A stretch of 34,311 bases of DNA from positions 1 through 34,311 of IMG/VR virus record IMGVR_UViG_3300022177_000083. The stretch is one strand, 5' to 3'. The notes under the pieces were generated by a model that had not been told where the DNA came from, did not search any database, and saw only the letters and a list, made by a program, of their open reading frames with translations. The DNA is from a virus. Lineage: Duplodnaviria > Caudoviricetes. Made by a program: the position numbers and the translations under genes. The first letter of the stretch is position 1. Each line of letters starts with the position of its first letter. Positions 7,692-16,343 of this stretch are shown piece after piece.

Positions 7692-10430
7692 TTAAATTAT
7701 ATCGTTACTTCCTAATTCGTTTGCCTGATACCGGATAATTAACCCAATTAAGCCTGCACCATTTCCGAATGTGTCCAAAACATTCGCAGCGTCACGGAAG
7801 ATTCTGCATATCAAATAAGACCCCCGTATTTTCCCGGTGCCGGATATACTTGCAAAATCGGTTGTGTAGTGTTTAAACCCTACAAAATTTTCATTCGGAT
7901 ATTTTGAAGCTGAATAAATTTTCGTTGAAGTGCCTGCTGCTGCTCCGGCAATGTTTTGCCAGCTGTATTCCAATCCCCACCTAATTGCTGAAGCACTTCC
8001 TGCTGATCCCATCGGCACAAAGTGAACCCTGGCAAATATTTCGCTTTCTTCCTTATAGTCAAACGGCATCGGCACGTAAAATATAAGTTCGTTCATTGTG
8101 TTTGCATCGAATGAAAGCACCTGTAAGCCACTTACAAAAGCGGAAAGTGTAGGTCTATTTAAAGCATTTGAGCCAAAACCACCCTGGTTGATATGGATGT
8201 TCAGAAGTTTCCAGACTGAAGCATCCCCGTTCATCAGCATGTGACCTTTTACATCAAAGGAAGTGTAATGTCCTGCAACTGGATCACCGAAAGCACCGGA
8301 TGAACCCAGCACTCCAACACCTTTATCTGATCTTCCATACACGCCAACATCACCGCCTTCCCCTTCAATGGCAGTTCCGGTAGTTCCCAAAACTTTAACT
8401 TTATCGGCAGCTGTCGAAGGTTCCAGAACCCCACTTGTTCGCTTCCAATATTGTTCAGGGTTTATCAATTCCCATTCGCCAGTTGTCGGATTTGCCCGTA
8501 GTATTTTCCCGTAATCTGCTTCATCAACAGGTGCATGGTCAGCCTTATTGTTCATGCTGTGAAGCCGCAAATGACTGTCACTTCCACCACCGCCACCGAA
8601 TGAACCGCCACCACTGCCACCGGTGGGCGCATCCAGTTCACTGTTTATTACTATGTTGTTTCTGTCTGTGACATAGTAAATAGTGTTCAGAATTACAGAA
8701 TCGTTATCAGGGTCAAGTTCATAGCCTACAATCAGCATTCTGTGTGCTGAATTAAGGATAGGATAATGGTATATCTCAGCGAAAACCTGAAGTGTATAAT
8801 CAAAGGCTTTGGTTACTGTTCGCCTCATAGCAATTGATTCCTGTAACCTAAGCTTATTGATATTCATGTGGTTTCCGCCTGATTCATGCGCCCAGCTGTC
8901 GGAATTAGTCCATACACCAGAATTTTCAACACGTAACCTTCCGGATGAATAAATTCGCGGTCCGTCACCAATAATCGTGTCCGGAAGCACCTCATTAAAT
9001 CTGTTTTTTATTGCCTGACTGCCATCTGTTGTGTTGAGCGCTGAAAATTTGATTTTGCCATCTGCGGCTTCGTCATTTTCAAAAAGCAGGTTACAGCGTA
9101 TTTCATTAAACGTAATGCTGTATGTTCCTGCTGGTAAAACGATTGGGGTTGTCAGGTTTTTGTAGGTATCATCAAGGCTAAGGTTGAATGTGGAAACTCC
9201 TCCGGGGTCTATTGGCGGGGTTAATATCTCTACATTCAAAGCCTGTGTTTGTACAGAAATGTAAGGTCCAAAATCAATTATGTAAACGGCTGCTGTGTCA
9301 GACCAGGTTGCCGGTACAGCAGTAGCAATGTTGCTTGTCGTTCCCGTTAAGTATTTCGTTCCGCATTTTAATGTAAGGTGATATCGAACAAACCACGCTT
9401 CCTCAGAAGCAATGATAACCCGTATCGCCCCGGCAATATTAATTTTAAGAATTTCCCCGGCACCTCCGGTTATTGTCCCGATTGAAGCTGTTGTTCCGAT
9501 TGTGTATGTAGGCGGAAGAAGGTTGCCCCGGTTAATACCTTGCTTGTAATTGTAAAGCATTGTGATTTCCCGGATAGGCGGGTAATTGAAAAATGTGCCT
9601 TCTGTTCTTTCGATTGTGAAATATTTACGGAAATCTACATTGGTACTTGATAACAAGGTGCCATTCACGGCATATTTGTAAACAAACGCTGCATTCAGGT
9701 CATTGATCTGTTGAGCAAGGAAGCAATCACCTGACATGTACAGTCTGTAATGAAACTGTCGGCAAAGTGATTCAAGCACATCATAGCAGTTCATGCTGTC
9801 AATGATGCCAAAATCATCATATTCCTGAAAAACATCGTAGGCAAGGTCAATATTTTCAAGCCCTGAATTTACTTTTAGAAGATCCGCTTCATCCCAGTTT
9901 AATTTTGATACTTTTAACAAAGGAGCAAAACCGAGTAAAGCAGGATAATTTAGCTTTGCAAGGCAGTTTAGCATATGCCCCAGAATAGTATTTCGTCCAG
10001 TATATGCGGTTCCGTTGTTGTCGTATTTGATATTTTTCAATCGTGACAATCCGCATACGGCAGAAATCGTAACAAGATATGTGTAAAACTGATCGGGATA
10101 GTCAACAAGGTCTGTTGGTATCTGTCCCAGCCAAATTTGTGTCAGGTTACGGAAGATCTGAACGGTGTATCGTTCTTCATCTTCTCCGGGTATCTCATCA
10201 ATGAATGCTTCAAATTCGGTATCGCTTTCCCTTACGTTAATATTTATTTCAGCATAGGAAGGATAGATCGGGCGTAAGAAGTCGTTGATGTTACTTTCAT
10301 CGTATTTAAGCGTAAAGAATCCATCAAGCTCAATAGCAGTGCCGCTGAAATCCCTGTCGTGAATTTCAACGGTGTACCGTGCATTTGATTCCGCACTGCT
10401 GTATTGGTCAAAATAGAATCTCTTTGCCAT
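7692..10430 (-). CDS. Large minor tail / tail-tip protein
   Basis: 912 aa directly after tape measure; beta-rich; GGSGGGSFGGGGGS linker before a C-terminal fibre-like region. Confidence 0.65.
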   Translation of the reverse strand: MAKRFYFDQYSSAESNARYTVEIHDRDFSGTAIELDGFFTLKYDESNINDFLRPIYPSYAEININVRESDTEFEAFIDEIPGEDEERYTVQIFRNLTQIWLGQIPTDLVDYPDQFYTYLVTISAVCGLSRLKNIKYDNNGTAYTGRNTILGHMLNCLAKLNYPALLGFAPLLKVSKLNWDEADLLKVNSGLENIDLAYDVFQEYDDFGIIDSMNCYDVLESLCRQFHYRLYMSGDCFLAQQINDLNAAFVYKYAVNGTLLSSTNVDFRKYFTIERTEGTFFNYPPIREITMLYNYKQGINRGNLLPPTYTIGTTASIGTITGGAGEILKINIAGAIRVIIASEEAWFVRYHLTLKCGTKYLTGTTSNIATAVPATWSDTAAVYIIDFGPYISVQTQALNVEILTPPIDPGGVSTFNLSLDDTYKNLTTPIVLPAGTYSITFNEIRCNLLFENDEAADGKIKFSALNTTDGSQAIKNRFNEVLPDTIIGDGPRIYSSGRLRVENSGVWTNSDSWAHESGGNHMNINKLRLQESIAMRRTVTKAFDYTLQVFAEIYHYPILNSAHRMLIVGYELDPDNDSVILNTIYYVTDRNNIVINSELDAPTGGSGGGSFGGGGGSDSHLRLHSMNNKADHAPVDEADYGKILRANPTTGEWELINPEQYWKRTSGVLEPSTAADKVKVLGTTGTAIEGEGGDVGVYGRSDKGVGVLGSSGAFGDPVAGHYTSFDVKGHMLMNGDASVWKLLNIHINQGGFGSNALNRPTLSAFVSGLQVLSFDANTMNELIFYVPMPFDYKEESEIFARVHFVPMGSAGSASAIRWGLEYSWQNIAGAAAGTSTKIYSASKYPNENFVGFKHYTTDFASISGTGKIRGSYLICRIFRDAANVLDTFGNGAGLIGLIIRYQANELGSNDII

Positions 10431-12272
10431 TTAACTGCCTGTTACTCTTGTGTTATAAAAGCTCTGCCTTAAATTCGTAAGGTAAATATCCCTCCCGGAA
10501 ATTTTTCCCACAACCGTTATGGCTGAAGGCATCATTCCGCCATTTATGGGATTGTATTTTTTTGGAACAACAGCTTCCCCTCTGTGCAGATAATAAGGTC
10601 CGTCATTGGGTACATAGTTTGTTCCTGTTGCAAGTCCTTGCATATTCCCGGCACCTGCAAGCAAACCTGATATTGCACCGGCTGCTGCAATAAGTGCTGC
10701 CCCGGCAATTACTGCTCCTATACCTGATACTCCAAGCTTTTCAAGTGATATTTTCGCTAATCCGATTTCGATAAGGAGTTTTCCGAACTGTTTTGCAAAG
10801 TCTGCTGTTAACTGAAGAATACCGCCAAAAAACTCTGCAAGTCCCATATCCCCGGAAATCATCAAGCCAAAGCCTTCAGCTGCTGTTGCAAGAATATCTT
10901 CACGGAAATATGAAAGAAGCTGTGATGCTCCCACCGCCTCTTGCTCAAGCTCATATAATGAAGGCGCATCACTGCCCATCGCCATCTGCCTTCCGCTGTT
11001 TCGCATTTGCATGGATGGAAGTGTAGCACCTGTTGTCACCTGTGCTGTTTTAGGCTTCATCTTTGCAAGGGCAGTTCCAATCGAATCGTAATACTGCTTT
11101 TCCATTTCAAGAAGGCTGATTTTTTCTCTCATCTTCCTGATCATTGAAACGGAATTCGCTTCCTCAAGTCTTTCTTTATAAATCTTAATCTGTTCGTTGA
11201 GCTTATTGTAAATGCCAACAATCGCTTTAGGTCCGTCAGTTTTTGTCGGTTCTGTCGTATCAGGTCTTATTGACATCATCCTATCTACTACTGCAAGATC
11301 TTCTTTATGCCTCATCAGCATTTCAAAAATCGGGGATAGCTGATCATAAAGATTTTTTGCCATCGCTGCCTGCTGCGGATGCAGAAATCTATCAATCCAG
11401 GTGTCGCTTTTAAATGTCAGTGCTTGCATATTAAACTTGACATTGTTAATCAACTTGTCAAGTTCTTTCATGTCAGATATTTGTGTTCCGCCTGAGGCGA
11501 AAAGAACTAACCCTTGTGAATCTCTTAAAGCATTTCTTCCTCTTATACGGTCAATAATCCCCTGAACACCTTCAAGTGATGAAGAAAACACACCAGATTC
11601 TGCAATTGCTTCCCCGATTGCAAGTTTAATGTTTTGCCATTCGGTTGTGATTGAAGCAATTTTTTGCTGGGTGGTAACTGATTCATCGCCCATCTTTGCC
11701 AATTCGGCTTGTGCTATCTGACCGACAGCTTTAGCTACATCGCTAATGTTTGCGGCTTCAGTAGATACACCGTTAAGTTTTTCTTTAAGGGCAACGGCAG
11801 AAATCCCCAGGTTGTCAAGGATGAGTGGGGATTTTCTGCCAATACCGGTGACGATTGAGTTTACCAGGTAATCAACTGATTGTCCCGTTTCTTCTGCCCT
11901 TCTTCGTGCAAATTCAAAAAGCCCCGCAAGGCTTTCAAGAGGGATTTGGAAATTATTAGCTGCAACAGCCCGTTTCATTAATTCCAGGTCAGAAACGGTA
12001 TTTCTGGTAGCAGAACGTAAATCATCCAGATAAGCACCGCCACCAATTCTCTCAAACGCTTTCTGTACCGGTTCAGCTTCAGCAGCAAGGTTAACAACCT
12101 CTCTTGTGAATGATGCTATTGCGGCAACTGAAAATGCCCCTGCAATCATGCCACCGATTTTACCAATATGCTTGTTGAAGTTGTCAAGCTCATTGCCTGC
12201 CTTCTTCAAGCCCCGACTGTAATTTGTCAGGTCGGTGTACATCTTAAAAACAAGTCCGGTATTTTCAGCCAT
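10431..12272 (-). CDS. Tape measure protein
   Basis: Ala/Gly-rich helical protein, GIGRKSPLILDNLGI motif, C-terminal GLATG..VP..G...LH.GEAVVP; follows tail chaperones. Confidence 0.85.
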   Translation of the reverse strand: MAENTGLVFKMYTDLTNYSRGLKKAGNELDNFNKHIGKIGGMIAGAFSVAAIASFTREVVNLAAEAEPVQKAFERIGGGAYLDDLRSATRNTVSDLELMKRAVAANNFQIPLESLAGLFEFARRRAEETGQSVDYLVNSIVTGIGRKSPLILDNLGISAVALKEKLNGVSTEAANISDVAKAVGQIAQAELAKMGDESVTTQQKIASITTEWQNIKLAIGEAIAESGVFSSSLEGVQGIIDRIRGRNALRDSQGLVLFASGGTQISDMKELDKLINNVKFNMQALTFKSDTWIDRFLHPQQAAMAKNLYDQLSPIFEMLMRHKEDLAVVDRMMSIRPDTTEPTKTDGPKAIVGIYNKLNEQIKIYKERLEEANSVSMIRKMREKISLLEMEKQYYDSIGTALAKMKPKTAQVTTGATLPSMQMRNSGRQMAMGSDAPSLYELEQEAVGASQLLSYFREDILATAAEGFGLMISGDMGLAEFFGGILQLTADFAKQFGKLLIEIGLAKISLEKLGVSGIGAVIAGAALIAAAGAISGLLAGAGNMQGLATGTNYVPNDGPYYLHRGEAVVPKKYNPINGGMMPSAITVVGKISGRDIYLTNLRQSFYNTRVTGS

Positions 12273-12609
12273 TTTCTACAATCAATTTGTCAAGCTGTTT
12301 ATTTGATAATTTTGGCGGGTTTGGCATCTTTTCACCCGGTAAAAGCATAAACTTCCGTGGGTCGCTGATCTGATCAGCTTTTTTCACCTTGCTGTTGTAA
12401 TACAACATTGCCATATATCTTAACCGCCTCAATGCATCAATACTTTCTTCATTCCTTGCCTTGTAATTTGCCCTGATAGCGTTTATGACAACTCTCAAGT
12501 CCATTCGTTCGTAGTAGTCTGGATAAGATATATGTAGCAATCCGAATGCAATCCCTTCTAACGTGTCCCAATTTAGCCCGGAATCTCTCCCGGGCTTTTC
12601 GGGTTTCCC
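12265..12609 (-). CDS. Tail assembly chaperone GT extension (-1 frame)
   Basis: The -1 frame is open from slippery GGGAAAC (12609-12603) through to the stop at 12265. Confidence 0.75.
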   Translation of the reverse strand, partial: GKPEKPGRDSGLNWDTLEGIAFGLLHISYPDYYERMDLRVVINAIRANYKARNEESIDALRRLRYMAMLYYNSKVKKADQISDPRKFMLLPGEKMPNPPKLSNKQLDKLIVENG

Positions 12610-12968
12610 TCATCCTTTTCTTCCTCATCTGGGACCGGCAATGTTCCAAATATCCCTTCAAGGGCTTTTTTCATTTCGGCAGCATTATCATCGTCAAAAA
12701 TAGTGTAGCAGTCTTCGGCAGTCAGTTCTGTTTTTGTTCCTTGCTGTCGGCAATCTTCTTCAATTCCACAATGTATAAGCTGACTGAAACGGTCAAGCAC
12801 TTCAAAGGAAGTCACCGGTTTGCCTTCATCATTTACTTCAACCCTCAAACTGTCAATCACTTCATTGACATATTTAAGCCCGATCTTTTCAGCGTACCTT
12901 CGCTGGCAAAGGGTGTTGATTGTAACCCCGTGTTCTTTCCCTTTTATGTTTAACGTAAATCGCTTCAT
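12573..12968 (-). CDS. Tail assembly chaperone (lambda gpG-like)
   Basis: Between tail tube and tape measure; acidic C-terminus carrying a slippery site. Confidence 0.8.
   Translation of the reverse strand: MKRFTLNIKGKEHGVTINTLCQRRYAEKIGLKYVNEVIDSLRVEVNDEGKPVTSFEVLDRFSQLIHCGIEEDCRQQGTKTELTAEDCYTIFDDDNAAEMKKALEGIFGTLPVPDEEEKDEGNPKSPGEIPG
12575..12609 (-). promoter_or_regulatory. Programmed -1 ribosomal frameshift signal
   Basis: G GGA AAC in frame, 6-nt spacer, stem AGCCCGGGA-GAGA-TTCCGGGCT. Confidence 0.8.
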
Positions 12969-13693
12969 GCTTCGAGTGTTGTAAAGGTCTGATCAGCACC
13001 GTAAACCGTTCCAAGGTCATTTGAAACTTTTACCCTCCAATGATAAGTGGTATCGGCATTAAGTCCTGTAAGGGCACCTGTGCAAGTCACGGCTGTATCA
13101 CCAGCAGCAAGTGGTGATTGTGTTGCTGTTTTCGTGCTTCCGTATGAAGTTGTTGTTCCATATTGAAAAATCACGGTTGTGATTTTGTCTTGCGGATTTA
13201 CATCAGCGGATAAAGCAGCACCGGATGCTGTGATGCTTGCTGAAGCTTCATCGTCAATGTCAGCAATGATTTGCTTTGTCAGAAGCCCGGTACCTTTGAG
13301 CGTATAGCTGAAGGTCAGGTTTGTTTCGGCATCACCAGACAATTCAAGGCTTTCAATGTAAACATTACCCTGATAGTGATAATCATTGCTTTCTTCTGTG
13401 CTAAATCGGATAGCAAATAATGCCCTTGACTGAATCAAAGCTTCAAGGTCTGCAAAGCCATAATCGGCATCAAAGGCAAATTCACAATCCCCTGAAATAG
13501 CCCAGTTTCTTGCTCCTGGATGGGATTTTTCCCAACCGCCATCACCTTTGTTAACAGATGTGTTCAGCGACTGTGCAATAGTAAGCGTCCCATTTAAGGC
13601 ATTCGCGATTGCCTTAAGTGTTGGTGGTGAACCAGCAGCCGTGATCACATACAGGTTAATGTTGGTGGCGTTTACTATTCCTATTGTTCCCAT
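12965..13693 (-). CDS. Tail tube protein paralog with C-terminal Fn3-like domain
   Basis: N-terminal ~140 aa match 13698-14114 (SLNTSVNK, GWEKS.PGARNW.ISGDCEFAFD, ELSGDAETNL, YTLKGTG); C-terminus matches the Fn3 repeats of 6484-7677. Confidence 0.85.
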   Translation of the reverse strand: MGTIGIVNATNINLYVITAAGSPPTLKAIANALNGTLTIAQSLNTSVNKGDGGWEKSHPGARNWAISGDCEFAFDADYGFADLEALIQSRALFAIRFSTEESNDYHYQGNVYIESLELSGDAETNLTFSYTLKGTGLLTKQIIADIDDEASASITASGAALSADVNPQDKITTVIFQYGTTTSYGSTKTATQSPLAAGDTAVTCTGALTGLNADTTYHWRVKVSNDLGTVYGADQTFTTLEA

Positions 13694-13697
13694 GTCT

Positions 13698-14114
13698 TTA
13701 GCTTACAATAGCGGCTCTTGATAAAGCGCCAGTTCCTTTCAAAGTGTAACTGTATAACAGGTTTGTTTCTGCATCACCGGAAAGTTCAAAGCTTTCAACG
13801 TAAGCATCGCCTGAAAATTCGTAATCTCCGGCAATATCCGTTGTAAATTCAATGGATAGCTTTGATCTGTCAATGATGGCATCAACAATTTCATCAGCGC
13901 CATGACCTTCGTCAAAGGCAAATTCACAGTCCCCTGAAATAGACCAGTTCCTGGCACCAGGAAGGGATTTTTCCCAGCCAAGATCATCCTTATTGACTGA
14001 AGTGTTGAGGCTGTGACCTACTGATAAGGTGCCGTTCAAGGCTTTACCGATCACATTACCACCAATCTTTATCTTGATTGTGGTAGCGTTTATAATTCCT
14101 GTTTGTATTGCCAT
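13698..14114 (-). CDS. Major tail tube protein
   Basis: GW...PG..NW.ISG and YSYTLKGTGAL motifs typical of siphovirus tube proteins; position. Confidence 0.85.
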   Translation of the reverse strand: MAIQTGIINATTIKIKIGGNVIGKALNGTLSVGHSLNTSVNKDDLGWEKSLPGARNWSISGDCEFAFDEGHGADEIVDAIIDRSKLSIEFTTDIAGDYEFSGDAYVESFELSGDAETNLLYSYTLKGTGALSRAAIVS

Positions 14115-14133
14115 ATCTCAAAAATTTTAAAGG

Positions 14134-14520
14134 TTATCGTTTTATTCTGAAGTTGAAATCAATTGCTATGTGGTGTACTTCTGACCAATCTTCAAACATT
14201 TCAGATTTATCCAAAAATGTGATACTGTCAACCACAACACCTTCTTTTATCCCGCCCCATCTGTCAAGAATTGTTCTTACCCTTGATGCTATGTTTTGAG
14301 CGTTATCATACGTTTTTGACCAAACATTTATCGTATGCCTTTCTGTGTCAAGCACGGAAGGACCGTCTTTCGTATCGGTCGGATTAGTTGTAACCTGATT
14401 GTAAGTTACTGCTGGAAGATCTTCTTCCTGAAGTCTTCGGTAAGGATATATGCGGGTTCCGACAAGCGCACTTAACTGGCTGTCAGCACTCAGTAAGCTA
14501 TATATCACTTTACCTGTCAT
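14134..14520 (-). CDS. Tail terminator / completion protein (DUF3168-like)
   Basis: LVGTRIYP...LPAVTY motif, size and position. Confidence 0.75.
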   Translation of the reverse strand: MTGKVIYSLLSADSQLSALVGTRIYPYRRLQEEDLPAVTYNQVTTNPTDTKDGPSVLDTERHTINVWSKTYDNAQNIASRVRTILDRWGGIKEGVVVDSITFLDKSEMFEDWSEVHHIAIDFNFRIKR

Positions 14521-15092
14521 TTCTTGAATTTCTTTATCGTTTTGTCAAGGTCTTCAGCAACTAATTTTTTCAGTAATTTCAATACATCCTGTCGTCTTTT
14601 TTCTATTGCGGGGCGCATGAATGGGTGTGGTGGTGTGTCAATTCTGTACCTTTCGCCTTTTTTCTTTTTGCCAACCCATTTTGCAAAATCAGGGTTATCG
14701 TCATTTCTCTTTGTTGCCCATCCTTTTCTTCCTTTTTTGGAAATTATTCCGGATGTGCCAAATTCAATCCAATGAGCTTTGTGACCGTAGTCCTTGTACT
14801 TTCCTTTTGTCCGGGGTTTAACAGCAATTCCAAGTCTTCTGCCTTTTAATTCTACGTTTCCGATTGATTTAGCTGTTCCTTCAGATACGCTTCTAACGTT
14901 TCTTCGAGCTTCGGCAAGCATTGGTTTTGTTGATTTGCGCAACAAGCTCAGGATTACTTTTTTTTGTGTGATGTAAGGAAGATTGTTAAGAATAGCATAA
15001 GCCTTTTCCATTCCTTCCACATGAATACTTTTCCTCTCCCGAGGCTTTACATACAAGTGTCCGTAATACTTATGATTCTTATCTATTCCCAT
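14517..15092 (-). CDS. HK97 gp10-like neck protein
   Basis: AHWIEFGT and PPHPFMRPA motifs. Confidence 0.8.
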   Translation of the reverse strand: MGIDKNHKYYGHLYVKPRERKSIHVEGMEKAYAILNNLPYITQKKVILSLLRKSTKPMLAEARRNVRSVSEGTAKSIGNVELKGRRLGIAVKPRTKGKYKDYGHKAHWIEFGTSGIISKKGRKGWATKRNDDNPDFAKWVGKKKKGERYRIDTPPHPFMRPAIEKRRQDVLKLLKKLVAEDLDKTIKKFKK

Positions 15093-15403
15093 TATTGCGA
15101 ATCTTTTTTCTCACAATGAAGAATAAGAAACTGTTTTCTTCCTTCTTCCTCAATACTCTTTACTTCCCAGTGTTCACTTTCAAATGTCAAAGCATTCACT
15201 TGCGACAATCCAGATCTGTATCTAATCCTGAAGCTTTCATTCGTTACTCCAACGGTTTGCGCAGCACTTGTCTGCTCTCCACCCCGTTTATACACTTTTT
15301 CAGCGTAAGTGGTTACTATTGTTGAGTAGCTTACGACTTCTTCACCGTAACCATTTTTGCTTGTTGTCCTCTGTAACAGAATTACTTTTCGGTCAAATAC
15401 CAT
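15092..15403 (-). CDS. Head closure protein (SPP1 gp16-like)
   Basis: NGYGE, FRIRYR motifs; 103 aa; position. Confidence 0.8.
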   Translation of the reverse strand: MVFDRKVILLQRTTSKNGYGEEVVSYSTIVTTYAEKVYKRGGEQTSAAQTVGVTNESFRIRYRSGLSQVNALTFESEHWEVKSIEEEGRKQFLILHCEKKDSQ

Positions 15404-15404
15404 C

Positions 15405-15971
15405 TCAAAATCTGTTTAGCCTGAAGTGATGCAAAAGATATTTCGATCCCATCGGCATTTCGTTGACTGTTCTGTTGCTTACATCTTCCCGCTGATCGAA
15501 CCATGTTCTTACCATCATCAGGATTGCTTGTCTGATGGCTGCCGGGACAGATGCTGCTGAAGCGTAACCGGCTTTGTAGGTAACGGTGATGTCACCGCTT
15601 CCGCCTCTCGGTGCCGGAAAGCTTTTGCCGTATGCCGGAGCAATGTAACTTGGTACATGCCAGTTCATCAGCATATAATCAGCGGAATCAACAGTCTGCT
15701 CAATCCCGGCATCATCAATGTACTTCACGGATGTAACCGAAATAATTGGAGCGCCTGGCAGAATGATCTTATCATCAAATGCTGTAAACTTTTCCACTAT
15801 CGTTGATTCAACAATTGTGGACCAGGTAAATTTTTCAGCGTATTCACGAGCAACAGTTATCAACCTGGCTATCTCATTGTCAAATGCTGATATGCCTTCC
15901 AGCCCCTGAATCTGTTCTTTTGCTTCAGAGGTTGTAACCGGTTCCCATATTGCCGTGACTGTACGTGTCAT
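15405..15971 (-). CDS. Head-tail connector (gp6-like)
   Basis: EPVT..EAK, AREYAE, SVTSVKY.D..G, VTYKAGY, VPAAIRQAILM. Confidence 0.85.
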   Translation of the reverse strand: MTRTVTAIWEPVTTSEAKEQIQGLEGISAFDNEIARLITVAREYAEKFTWSTIVESTIVEKFTAFDDKIILPGAPIISVTSVKYIDDAGIEQTVDSADYMLMNWHVPSYIAPAYGKSFPAPRGGSGDITVTYKAGYASAASVPAAIRQAILMMVRTWFDQREDVSNRTVNEMPMGSKYLLHHFRLNRF

Positions 15972-16264
15972 TTTTCAAGATACTTGATGATGTTTTCAGC
16001 TGATTTCTTTCCGATACCTTTGATTGCAACAAGATTTTCAATGGTTGCAATTTCTTTCAGTGCTTCAAGGCTCTCAATTCCGGCTTCAATTAGCACTTCC
16101 CGCATCGGCAGATCGGAAGGCATATCTGTATTCCCTTCTTCAAGTTCAACAGCGTAGCCTAATTCGATCATTTCTTTACCGAATGGCTTGGCACAATCAA
16201 GCTCTTGATTTGTGAAATAAGCGTAACCAATCCCGGATGTGCCTTTTACAAACTTTATTTTCAT
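15968..16264 (-). CDS. Small protein with C-terminal helix-hairpin-helix
   Basis: LVAIKGIGKKSAENI HhH motif; directly after the capsid gene. Confidence 0.65.
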   Translation of the reverse strand: MKIKFVKGTSGIGYAYFTNQELDCAKPFGKEMIELGYAVELEEGNTDMPSDLPMREVLIEAGIESLEALKEIATIENLVAIKGIGKKSAENIIKYLEK

Positions 16265-16343
16265 AGCTGTAAATGTTTTTTTTGCCGTCAGGCTCCCGCC
16301 CTCAATCGAGGGCAGGAGTGACAGCTATATTACCCGGCAAGGT

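Noticed and set aside
6484-10430. Second DGR target
   Set aside because: No second VR-like copy seen by eye at the ends of these or other genes; a computed search would be needed to exclude it fully
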